64,000 nucleotides of DNA from Planctomycetota bacterium. GTDB taxonomy: Bacteria > Planctomycetota > SZUA-567. Made by a program: the position numbers and the translations under genes. Under the pieces are notes generated by a model, which was not told where the DNA came from, made no database searches, and saw only the letters and a program-made list of their open reading frames with translations. The stretch spans positions 566-64,565 of the forward strand of contig JAVBRG010000042.1 of the NCBI GenBank assembly GCA_031548195.1, given 5' to 3'. Below, piece by piece: positions 18,234 to 26,247 of the stretch. Within the stretch, counting starts at the first letter, position 1. Each line of letters begins with the position of its first letter.

Positions 18234-19214
18234 TTAGAAAATGGCGTCGGGACGGTAATACTTGGCGACGTTATCCCTGGTGACGGCGACGGGTTCGGTG
18301 AAATAGATCTTCGGCATGTCGATTTTGCCCTTCTGGGCGTATTCGATGGCCAGATCGACGGCGGTGCGGGCGACCAGATCCGGGTCGTTCATGCCGGTGG
18401 CCATGTAGTTGCCTTCGTTATTGTTCTTGATGAGTTCCATCGCTTCCTTCTGGCCGTCGCAGACCGCGAAAATGCGAATCTGCTGCACCTTGCCCGCCTC
18501 TTGAATCGCCTTGAGGGCGCCGAGGGCCATGGAGTCGTTTTCGGCGATAAGCATGTTGATGTCGGGGTAGGCGACGATGATGTCCTCCATCGCCTTGAGG
18601 CCGAGTTCCTGCGCCCAGTCGCCCCAGCCCTGAACCTGGAGTTCGAGGGTGGTTTTCCCCTTGGTCAGGAGTTCCTGTTCGATGAAACCGGTGAAGAAGC
18701 CGGTGCGGCGGTCGCGGCCGGGGGTGTTCCCCTTGGTGCCGCTGAGGACGGCCGCCTTGACCGGCTTGTCGGTGTAGAACTGGGCGGCGTAGGCGCCGAC
18801 GGCGCGGCCGTTTTCGAAATTGTTCGAGAGGACGATGGTGAGGTATTCGCCGGTGGGATCGATGAGGGTGTCGAAGCCGATGACCGGGACGCCGCGGCGG
18901 GCCGCGTTGTGGGTGGCGGGGACGATGGCGACGGGATCGCAGGCGTTGATGAGCAGGACGTCGATGTTTTGGGAGAGGAGATCCTCGCAGTCGCTGATTT
19001 GCTTTTCGAGATTGCCTTCGGCGTCGATGGCGATAAGGGTGAAGCCGCGCTCCTTGGCCAGTTTCTTGGCGACTTCGATTTGCGCCACGAAGTAGGGCGC
19101 GCTCTGCTGTTTCATGGACATGCCGATGCGGATGTCCTTCAGGGCTTTCTCGCCGGCCGGGGCGGAAAAGGCTAGGGCGACAAGCGTCAGCAGGCATAGC
19201 ACGATCTTTTTCAT
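18234..19214 (-). CDS. Periplasmic sugar-binding protein (RbsB-like), system 2
   Basis: Signal peptide MKKIVLCLLTLVALAFSAPAG. PBP type I fold motifs (LLINACDP, AENDSMALGA). Confidence 0.9.
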   Translation of the reverse strand: MKKIVLCLLTLVALAFSAPAGEKALKDIRIGMSMKQQSAPYFVAQIEVAKKLAKERGFTLIAIDAEGNLEKQISDCEDLLSQNIDVLLINACDPVAIVPATHNAARRGVPVIGFDTLIDPTGEYLTIVLSNNFENGRAVGAYAAQFYTDKPVKAAVLSGTKGNTPGRDRRTGFFTGFIEQELLTKGKTTLELQVQGWGDWAQELGLKAMEDIIVAYPDINMLIAENDSMALGALKAIQEAGKVQQIRIFAVCDGQKEAMELIKNNNEGNYMATGMNDPDLVARTAVDLAIEYAQKGKIDMPKIYFTEPVAVTRDNVAKYYRPDAIF

Positions 19215-19319
19215 TGCTCTTCCTCTCATTGATCAAAAACAGGGTCGGTCCCCACACGGGACCCGGAATCATAATAAGCGGGCAAGCTCCCCAAAAACCC
19301 CCATGGAGGCGCCCACGGG

Positions 19320-20672
19320 TCACCCCGCCCGCTTGCGGGAGCGGGAGCGGGACAGCCAGCGCAAGTCCAGTTGTTTCATCCGGTCCAGCAGCACGGCGCC
19401 CAGGATGACCAGGCCGAGAATGACCTTCTGGGTGTAACTTTCCACCCCCAAGAGGTTCATGCCGTTCTGAATCACGGCGATAATGAAGGAACCGATGAGG
19501 GTGCCGAGAATCTTCCCCTCCCCGCCGGCCAGGCTGGTGCCGCCGACCACCACCGAGGCGATGACGTACATTTCGTAGGTGACGCCGTAGGTGGGGGCGC
19601 CGGCGTTCAGCTGCGAGGCGGTGATGACCCCGCCCAGTCCGGCGAGGATGGCGGTGATGGTGTAGACAAAAAACAGGACGAACTTCACCGGCACGCCGGA
19701 AAGCCGCGCCGCCTCGCGGTTGCCGCCGACGGAATAGATGTAACGGCCGAGAGTGGTGCGGCTCATCATGATGTGGGCGGCGAGGTAGAGAACCAGCATT
19801 ATCCCCACGGAAATGGGAATCCCGCCCGGGAGCATGCCGCGCCCGAGCCAGGTGAAGCTGGGGGGGAGTTGATATATCGAATAACCGCCGGAGATGATGA
19901 AGGCGAGGCCGGAGGTGACCATCATGGTGGCGAGGGTGACGATGAAGGGGGGGATGCTGAAAATGGTGACGAAGAAACCGGTGAAAAAGCCCAGGCAGCC
20001 GCAAACGAAAATGGCCAGAAGGCAATAGCCGACCATCGCCCCGGTCCCGGCTTCGTAGGCGCCGCCCCAGTTCTTGATAAGCCAGGCGGCGAGGCAGGAG
20101 GCGAAGGCGATCTGACTGCCGACCGAAAGTTCGATGCCGCCGGTGATGATGATCATGGTCATGCCGATGGCGATGGTGGCGATGACCACGATTTGATTGG
20201 CGACGTTGATGAGGTTTTCCTTCTTGAGAAAAGTCGGCCACAGATACGGCGTGGGCTTGACCAGGGTGGCGTTCTTCATATTGGGGATTTTGTCGCCCAG
20301 ATTGTCGAAAATGCCCCATACCGAAGTCGGCTCGCTGCAGGCGACGCCGTCGATATTTTCCCCTTTCGCCTCGGCCGCCCTGGCGATGCGGCGCACCTCC
20401 CCGGGCGCGCCTTTCGCTATCCCGGCGACGGCGATACCGTCGGCCTTCAGGGTCTCCTCCACGGCGGCGGCGAATTCCCGCTCCATGGCGTTGTCGCGGA
20501 TGGCGATGAGGACCCGGGTCGGCCTGGGAGTGCCGGCGGCGAGGTTTTTGGCGACCAGCCGGCCGGCCGCGGCACCTTCCGGATTCTGCGGCGACAAGGT
20601 GGTGAAGCTGAGAAACAGGCAGAGCAGGAGCAGGATGAAGATGGTCCCGTAATCGTTAAGGAAGCGCTTCAT
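19320..20672 (-). CDS. Sugar ABC permease (CUT2) with ~170-aa N-terminal TM plus periplasmic extension, system 1
   Basis: ATG at 20672 (MKRFLNDYGTIFILLLL...). Residues ~30-170 are soluble-looking (VLIAIRDNAMEREFAAAVEETLKADGIAVAG...). The RbsC-like core follows (IITGGIELSVGS). Confidence 0.88.
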   Translation of the reverse strand: MKRFLNDYGTIFILLLLCLFLSFTTLSPQNPEGAAAGRLVAKNLAAGTPRPTRVLIAIRDNAMEREFAAAVEETLKADGIAVAGIAKGAPGEVRRIARAAEAKGENIDGVACSEPTSVWGIFDNLGDKIPNMKNATLVKPTPYLWPTFLKKENLINVANQIVVIATIAIGMTMIIITGGIELSVGSQIAFASCLAAWLIKNWGGAYEAGTGAMVGYCLLAIFVCGCLGFFTGFFVTIFSIPPFIVTLATMMVTSGLAFIISGGYSIYQLPPSFTWLGRGMLPGGIPISVGIMLVLYLAAHIMMSRTTLGRYIYSVGGNREAARLSGVPVKFVLFFVYTITAILAGLGGVITASQLNAGAPTYGVTYEMYVIASVVVGGTSLAGGEGKILGTLIGSFIIAVIQNGMNLLGVESYTQKVILGLVILGAVLLDRMKQLDLRWLSRSRSRKRAG

Positions 20673-20768
20673 GCGTGCCGCTTTCTGTTGTCTGGGGATA
20701 CGATGAAAAGAATTTTCCCAATTACAGCGCGCAACCGGCAAAACCGCCTCCTGTTACCCCGGACACCA

Positions 20769-21012
20769 CCCCACACGTCATTCCGGCGCCATTGACATTG
20801 AACCGGGGTGAGGCGTAACTCACCGGAATCCAGGCCGATAAACCGCCGCTCCGTCGCTCGGTGGTTCCACTAAACGTCCTATCAGGGTCGGAACTTACAA
20901 ATCCGTACGACAGCAAGCAAACGCCACGGTAGCGATTGTCCTTCGGCCTGGATTCCGGCGAGTTACGCTTCCCCCCGGTTGAACGCTTGCGACGCCGGAA
21001 TGACGTGTGGGG
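20769..21012. mobile_element. MITE-like palindromic element X, complete copy, inside an ABC operon
   Basis: Outer arms ccccacacgtcattccggcgcc / gacgccggaatgacgtgtgggg. Inner ~36-bp arms aaccggggtgaggcgtaactcaccggaatccaggcc / ggcctggattccggcgagttacgcttccccccggtt. Lies in the 397-bp gap between the ATPase stop (21070) and the permease start (20672). Confidence 0.7.
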
Positions 21013-21035
21013 AGGGAACAACGTAACAGCGCACG

Positions 21036-21064
21036 AAATTACGTAACAATGTTGAGATGCGCCC
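21036..21064. repeat. Single unit related to the 34-bp repeat, adjacent to X
   Basis: aaattacgtaacaatgttgagatgcgccc, compared with attgacgtaagatttgagatgcgccc at 386-412. Confidence 0.5.
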
Positions 21065-21069
21065 TACCA

Positions 21070-22563
21070 TCATCCGCTCACCGCCACCCGGAGAACGTCG
21101 GCCTGGGTCGCCTCCTTCGGCCGGGCGATTTCCCCGACTATCCTCCCCCCCCGCATCACCAGAAGCCGATCCGCCATGCCCAATGCCTCGGGGAGTTCGG
21201 AACTGATCATCACCACCGCCTTGCCGCCGGCGGCCAGTTCGTTGATGATCTGGTAGATTTCGTATTTCGCGCCGACGTCGACGCCGCGGGTCGGCTCGTC
21301 GAAAATTATCGCCTCGCAATTGGCCTGGAGCCATTTCGCCAAAACCACCTTCTGCTGGTTGCCGCCGGAAAGGTTTTTCGCCAGCTGCTCCTGATTGGGG
21401 ATTTTGATGCGGATGGAGTCGACGTATCTGGCGAAGGCGTTTTCCTCGACCCGGGTTTTGATAAAGCTGAAGCGGCTCCACTGCCGCAAATTCGGCAGGG
21501 CGAAGTTGTCCCGGACCGACTGGATAAGCACCAGTCCCTGGGACTTCCGGTCCTCGGTCAGGAGCGCGATGCCGGAACGGATGGAATCGCGGGGATTGGC
21601 CAAATTCAGCAGTTTTCCGTCCAAAAGCACCTGCCCCCTGTCCATGCGGTCGGCGCCAAAGAGAAGGCGGGCCGTCTCCGTCCGGCCGGCTCCCACCAAA
21701 CCGACCAGCGCCACCACCTCCCCCGCCCGCACCGAAAAGGACACGTCGTTGACCGTCTTCCCCAGACCTATGCCCCGCACTTCCAGCCGCACCGGGCCGA
21801 GCCCGACCCGGCGGGGCGGGAATTCCTGGCTTAATTTCCGGCCGACCATCATTTCAATCAGGGTGGGGCGATCGAGTTCGCTGCGGCTCCGGGTGCCGAC
21901 GCTCTCGCCGTCCCGTAGCACCGCCACGCGGTCGGAAAGTTCCAGAACCTCGTCCAGGCGGTGGCTGATGTAGATGATGCCCAGGCCCTTCGCCTTCAGT
22001 TCGGCGATGATCCGGAACAGCCGTTCCGACTCGGTCTGGGTCAAGGCGGCCGTGGGCTCGTCCATGACCACAATCTTGGCGTCGAGAAGCAGGGCTTTGG
22101 CGATTTCAATGCCCTGGTGCTGGGCCACGGACAGGGTCTTCACCTCCGCCTCGGGATCGATGTCGACGCCGACCCGCTCGAAAAGCCCCCTCGCCTCCTC
22201 GCGTTCCCTCTTTATGTTTATGAAGCCCCGATGATTCCGTTCCCGGCCGAGAAAGAGGTTCTCCCGGGCGGTCATGGCGGGGATCATGTTGAGTTCCTGG
22301 TAAATGATGGAAATACCCAGGGCCGAGGCGGCGTGGGGGCTGACGATGTCCACCCGCCTCCCCTGGATTTCGATGCTGCCGGCATCGGGTTGGTGGGCCC
22401 CCCCCAGGACCTTCATCAGGGTCGACTTCCCGGCCCCGTTCTCGCCCATGAGGCCGAGAACTTCGCCGGGATGCAATTCGAGGCTCACCCCCTTCAGGGC
22501 GTGGACGCCGGGGAAGCTTTTTTCGATGTTCGCCATTCTGAGGAGCGGTGGTTTCTCGCCCAT
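21070..22563 (-). CDS. Sugar ABC transporter ATP-binding protein (RbsA type), system 1
   Basis: GENGAGKST, LSGGNQQK and IFDEPTRGVD motifs. ATG at 22563 or 22536. The track start at 22620 is a GTG inside a hairpin. Confidence 0.9.
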   Translation of the reverse strand: MGEKPPLLRMANIEKSFPGVHALKGVSLELHPGEVLGLMGENGAGKSTLMKVLGGAHQPDAGSIEIQGRRVDIVSPHAASALGISIIYQELNMIPAMTARENLFLGRERNHRGFINIKREREEARGLFERVGVDIDPEAEVKTLSVAQHQGIEIAKALLLDAKIVVMDEPTAALTQTESERLFRIIAELKAKGLGIIYISHRLDEVLELSDRVAVLRDGESVGTRSRSELDRPTLIEMMVGRKLSQEFPPRRVGLGPVRLEVRGIGLGKTVNDVSFSVRAGEVVALVGLVGAGRTETARLLFGADRMDRGQVLLDGKLLNLANPRDSIRSGIALLTEDRKSQGLVLIQSVRDNFALPNLRQWSRFSFIKTRVEENAFARYVDSIRIKIPNQEQLAKNLSGGNQQKVVLAKWLQANCEAIIFDEPTRGVDVGAKYEIYQIINELAAGGKAVVMISSELPEALGMADRLLVMRGGRIVGEIARPKEATQADVLRVAVSG

Positions 22564-22587
22564 GAACAAGCTCTTTTCCGGAAGTTT

Positions 22588-22626
22588 CGCGGAGTGGCGA
22601 TTGAACCGCCAATCGGCCACTCCGCG
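22588..22626. repeat. REP-like hairpin directly after the binding-protein gene (intercistronic)
   Basis: cgcggagtggcgattgaaccgccaatcggccactccgcg. Confidence 0.75.
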
Positions 22627-22674
22627 TCGTGACCACTTCGCTGCGTGATTGACACCGGTCGCGCAGGCCGCGGT

Positions 22675-23604
22675 TTACTTCAGGGACGGGTCCTTCATCG
22701 CGTCGGCTTTGTAGTACAGCGCGGTGGGAATGAGGATTTCACCGGGGACTTCCTCGCCGTCGACGTAGCGGAGAAAGACCTTGACGACTTCGGAACCGAG
22801 CTTGCCGGGGAACTGAATGGGGTCGGCGAAAATCTTGCCGTCCTTGATGGCCTGCTTGCCTTCCGGCTGGCCGTCGAAGCCGACCAGCTTGACCCGGTCC
22901 ATTTTGCCGGCGCCTTCGAGGGCGGCGATGGCGCCGAGGGCGGTCGGATCGTTGATGCAGAAAATGCCGTCGATGTCGGGGACGGCCTGGAGCATGTCCT
23001 GGGCGGCGCGGAATGCCTTGTCCCGGGAGCCCAGACCGGGGAGGTCGGCCATGATGATGATGTCCTTGTCCTTGCCGAGCTCCTTCAGGCGGGCCTTGAA
23101 GCCGTCGGTACGCAGAATCACCGCCTCGACCTCGGGGTGATTGATGATGCCGATTTTCCCCTTGCCGTTCAGGGCTTCAATCATGGCTTCGGCGGCCATT
23201 TTGCCGCCGGCGAAATTATCGGTGGCGACGTGGCAGACCACCTTGGCGCTGGGATCGAGGCTGCCGATGTCGACGGTAAAAACGGGGATGCCGGCGTCAT
23301 TCGCTTCACGGATGGTGGCGCCGATGGCTTTCGAGTCGCAGGGGGCGAGGACGATGGCGGCGTAGCCGGAGGCGATGAAATCCTTGACCTGGTTCGACTG
23401 CTTGACGACGTCGAAATTGCCGTCGGTGATGACCACGTCGTAGCCGGCCTTGCCGGCCTCGGCAATCATGGCGTCGGCGATTTCCTTGTAGAAGGGATTG
23501 CTGAAGGCGAGCAGGGAGCAGCCTATGGTGCCCTTCTTTTCGCCGGCCATGGCGCCGGCGGCGAGCATGGCGACCAGGGCGAACAATAATACGAACTTGC
23601 GCAT
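22675..23604 (-). CDS. Periplasmic sugar-binding protein (RbsB-like), system 1
   Basis: Signal peptide MRKFVLLFALVAMLAAGAMAG. PBP type I motifs (IVLAPCDS, CINDPTALGA). Confidence 0.9.
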   Translation of the reverse strand: MRKFVLLFALVAMLAAGAMAGEKKGTIGCSLLAFSNPFYKEIADAMIAEAGKAGYDVVITDGNFDVVKQSNQVKDFIASGYAAIVLAPCDSKAIGATIREANDAGIPVFTVDIGSLDPSAKVVCHVATDNFAGGKMAAEAMIEALNGKGKIGIINHPEVEAVILRTDGFKARLKELGKDKDIIIMADLPGLGSRDKAFRAAQDMLQAVPDIDGIFCINDPTALGAIAALEGAGKMDRVKLVGFDGQPEGKQAIKDGKIFADPIQFPGKLGSEVVKVFLRYVDGEEVPGEILIPTALYYKADAMKDPSLK

Positions 23605-23918
23605 ATCGTCTCCTTACGGGAAATTGCTCCCCGGTCCGAGACCCGGACACAATCCGAACCGCCGACCGGGGAAAAAAATTTCAGGCTTGGGATTAAGGCG
23701 CCTTTGGGAATAAGGCGACCTTATTCTAGCACATCTATTGTCATTGTCTATCTTTTATAATTTTTTATTAGCGTTTTTTATTATTACGCCAACTTAACAG
23801 GAGAATACGCCATAAAGCAATAGGAAAAAGCAGTAAAAAATAGGAAACGCAAAAGGCATACGGGCGAATCCGGCCGGAATATCAACCGGACACCCTTAAG
23901 GCGCGCCTTGAATAGGGT

Positions 23919-23947
23919 TTGACGAACACGGCAAACCGGGTTATGCT
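23919..23947 (+). promoter_or_regulatory. Candidate promoter for ABC system 3
   Basis: TTGACG (23919-23924), 17-nt spacer, TATGCT (23942-23947), in the 519-bp divergent intergenic region. Confidence 0.3.
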
Positions 23948-24001
23948 GATTATAGCCGGATTGCGGTTTGCCTCGGCTTGACGGGGCGATTTTGCCAAAC
24001 T

Positions 24002-24053
24002 CCAGTGCAGTATTCCAGTGCATTATTCCAGTGCAGTACCCCAGTGCGTTACT
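24002..24053 (+). promoter_or_regulatory. 13-bp direct repeat x4 (ccagtgcagtatt), candidate operator array
   Basis: Units at 24002, 24015, 24028 and 24041, about 70 nt upstream of the ATG at 24124 and downstream of the candidate promoter. Confidence 0.5.
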
Positions 24054-24123
24054 TCAATCGTCACACCGCGGTTATCGGGTAATTCGATCAATTCCCACCA
24101 TTCATTCAACAAAGGAGAAGCAT

Positions 24124-25077
24124 ATGCAGCGCATGTCCCTGGCCGTCGTGTTGTTGGTCTTCGCGCTCGCCCTGTCCTGCCGGGCGGCAGACCAGCTTCG
24201 CATCACTTTCGTCACCCCTCTCCTGGCCCACCCGGTGTGGCTCGAGGCGAAGGAAGGGTTCGAAAAGGCCGGCAAGGATTACAATTTCGACGCCGCCTGG
24301 GTGGGACCGCAGGGCGTGGACGTGAACGAGATGGTAAACCTGGTGGAAATCGCCATCGCCGAAAAGGTCGACGGCATCGTCACCATGGCCCTGAATCCCT
24401 CGGCCATGATCGAAGTCTTCAAAAAGGCCGAAGCGGCCGGCATTCCGGTGCTCCTGGTCGACTCGGACGCCACCGACGCCCCCCGCTTCGCCTTCCTGGG
24501 CCTGGACCCCACCGAAACAGGGGACATCGGCGCACAGGTCCTCCTGAAAGCGCTCAAGGGCAAAAAGATTTTCGGCGCCGGCATCGTCCCCACCATCACC
24601 TCCCCCTTCCTCATGGCCATTCAGCAGGCCTACCAGGACGCCCTAGCCAAAAATCCGGACGGCTTCCAGCACGTGGTCATCGTCGAGTCGAACTCCGACA
24701 TGCTCAAGGCCATCCAGGAATGGGAGAACGTCTTCTCGACTTATCCCGAAGTCAACGCCCTCTACTGCAACGGCGCCGAAACGGCCCCCGCCGCCGCCAA
24801 GGTCATCGACGAACGCAACCTCAAAGGGAAAGTCGCCGTGGTCGGTATCGACGCCCTGCCGGAAACGCTGGACGGCATCCGCAACGATCTCATCACCGGC
24901 ACCCTGGCGGTGAACTTCTACCGCTACGGCTATCAGGCCGGGCAAATGCTCGCCGACTTCAAGCGTAAAGGCGTCAAGCCCGCCGAAGTCGTCATCCCCA
25001 TCCCCCCCATCGTGGTCACCAAGGAAAACGTCGACACCTTCGCCAAGGACATGCGTAATCCCGCCACCTACAAATAG
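24124..25077 (+). CDS. Periplasmic sugar-binding protein (PBP type I), system 3
   Basis: RBS aaaggagaa. Signal peptide MQRMSLAVVLLVFALALSCRAA. GIVTMALNP and VLLVDSD motifs. Confidence 0.88.
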   Translation: MQRMSLAVVLLVFALALSCRAADQLRITFVTPLLAHPVWLEAKEGFEKAGKDYNFDAAWVGPQGVDVNEMVNLVEIAIAEKVDGIVTMALNPSAMIEVFKKAEAAGIPVLLVDSDATDAPRFAFLGLDPTETGDIGAQVLLKALKGKKIFGAGIVPTITSPFLMAIQQAYQDALAKNPDGFQHVVIVESNSDMLKAIQEWENVFSTYPEVNALYCNGAETAPAAAKVIDERNLKGKVAVVGIDALPETLDGIRNDLITGTLAVNFYRYGYQAGQMLADFKRKGVKPAEVVIPIPPIVVTKENVDTFAKDMRNPATYK

Positions 25078-25187
25078 CGTGCCGGCGTTTGGTAGACCGC
25101 CGTAGACCGTCCGGATATTTTTTCGCACTCAATGCGATACGGAATAGTGCTGAAATAAGGACAACCCGGTGAAAACGTGCGGATTAT

Positions 25188-25239
25188 GGGGACATGACCC
25201 AATTATTCGGCGGTTCTGAATAATTGGGATTGTGTCCCC
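25188..25239 (+). terminator. Stable intercistronic hairpin after the binding-protein gene
   Basis: ggggaca..cccaattattc ggcggttct gaataattggg..tgtcccc. No clear T-run, so more likely an mRNA-stabilising or attenuating hairpin than a full terminator. Confidence 0.55.
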
Positions 25240-25283
25240 GATAATCTCGATAATTCCCGCCAAACTTCTGTAAAGAGGACCCC

Positions 25284-26243
25284 ATGCAGACGCTAAAACG
25301 CCTCCTGCACATCCGGGAAATGGGGATTCTCATCCCCACCGTTCTACTGGTCATCGTCGTACAATTCCTGAATCCGGTTTTTCTCAGTCACGACAACATC
25401 ATCAACATCCTGCGCGCCGCCAGCTTCAACCTGATCGTCGCCATCGGCATCACCTTCGTCCTCATCGCCGCCGGCCTCGACCTTTCCATAGGCGCCGCCC
25501 TGGCCTTCGGCGGCGCCTTCACCGTGCTCCTCATGCAGAAGGCGGGACTGCCGCTGATCCTGGCCATTCCCGGCGGCCTCCTCTCCGGCGTCCTCATCGG
25601 CCTGGTGAACGGCTACATCATCTACCGCTTCCGCATTCCCTCCCTAATCATGACCCTCGGCATGCAGTACATCATCCGGGGCATCCTCAATATCATCACC
25701 AAGGGCGTCCCCATTTATCCCCTGCCCAAATCCTATATGGAATTCGCCAAGGTCGAGCTCTTCGGCGCCCCCCTGGTGGTGGTCGTCTCCATCCTCATCG
25801 CCCTGGTCGCCCACATCATCCTCCGCCACAGCGTCTTCGGCCGATCCGTCTGCGCCATCGGGGGAAACCCCGAAGCCGCCCGCCTCTCCGGCATCAACGT
25901 CAAGAAGATTTCCGTCCTCACCTACATCCTCTGCGCCACCCTCGCCGCCGCCTCCGGCATCTTCATGACCGCCCGCCTGGGTTCGGCCCAGCCCACCGCC
26001 GGCACCGGCATGGAAATGATCGTCATCACCGCCTCGGTCATCGGCGGCACCTCGATGTTCGGCGGTTCCGGCTCCATCGCCGGCACCTTCATCGGGGTCA
26101 TCTTCATGAGCATCCTCTACAACAGCATGACCCTCCTGAGAATTTCCGTGTTCTGGCAGCAGCTGGTCATCGGCATCATCCTCATCCTCGCCGTCATCGT
26201 CGACCAAATCAACCGTGAACGCCGCGAACGCATGGGGAGGTAG
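25284..26243 (+). CDS. Sugar ABC permease (CUT2), system 3
   Basis: 319 aa with about 10 TM helices. LIAAGLDLSIGA motif. Confidence 0.9.
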   Translation: MQTLKRLLHIREMGILIPTVLLVIVVQFLNPVFLSHDNIINILRAASFNLIVAIGITFVLIAAGLDLSIGAALAFGGAFTVLLMQKAGLPLILAIPGGLLSGVLIGLVNGYIIYRFRIPSLIMTLGMQYIIRGILNIITKGVPIYPLPKSYMEFAKVELFGAPLVVVVSILIALVAHIILRHSVFGRSVCAIGGNPEAARLSGINVKKISVLTYILCATLAAASGIFMTARLGSAQPTAGTGMEMIVITASVIGGTSMFGGSGSIAGTFIGVIFMSILYNSMTLLRISVFWQQLVIGIILILAVIVDQINRERRERMGR

Positions 26244-26247
26244 GCGC

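Noticed and set aside
23784-24023. 79-aa ORF in the divergent sugar-operon control region
   Set aside because: It overlaps the AT-rich promoter and operator region and the 13-bp repeats. It has no RBS and no recognisable family.
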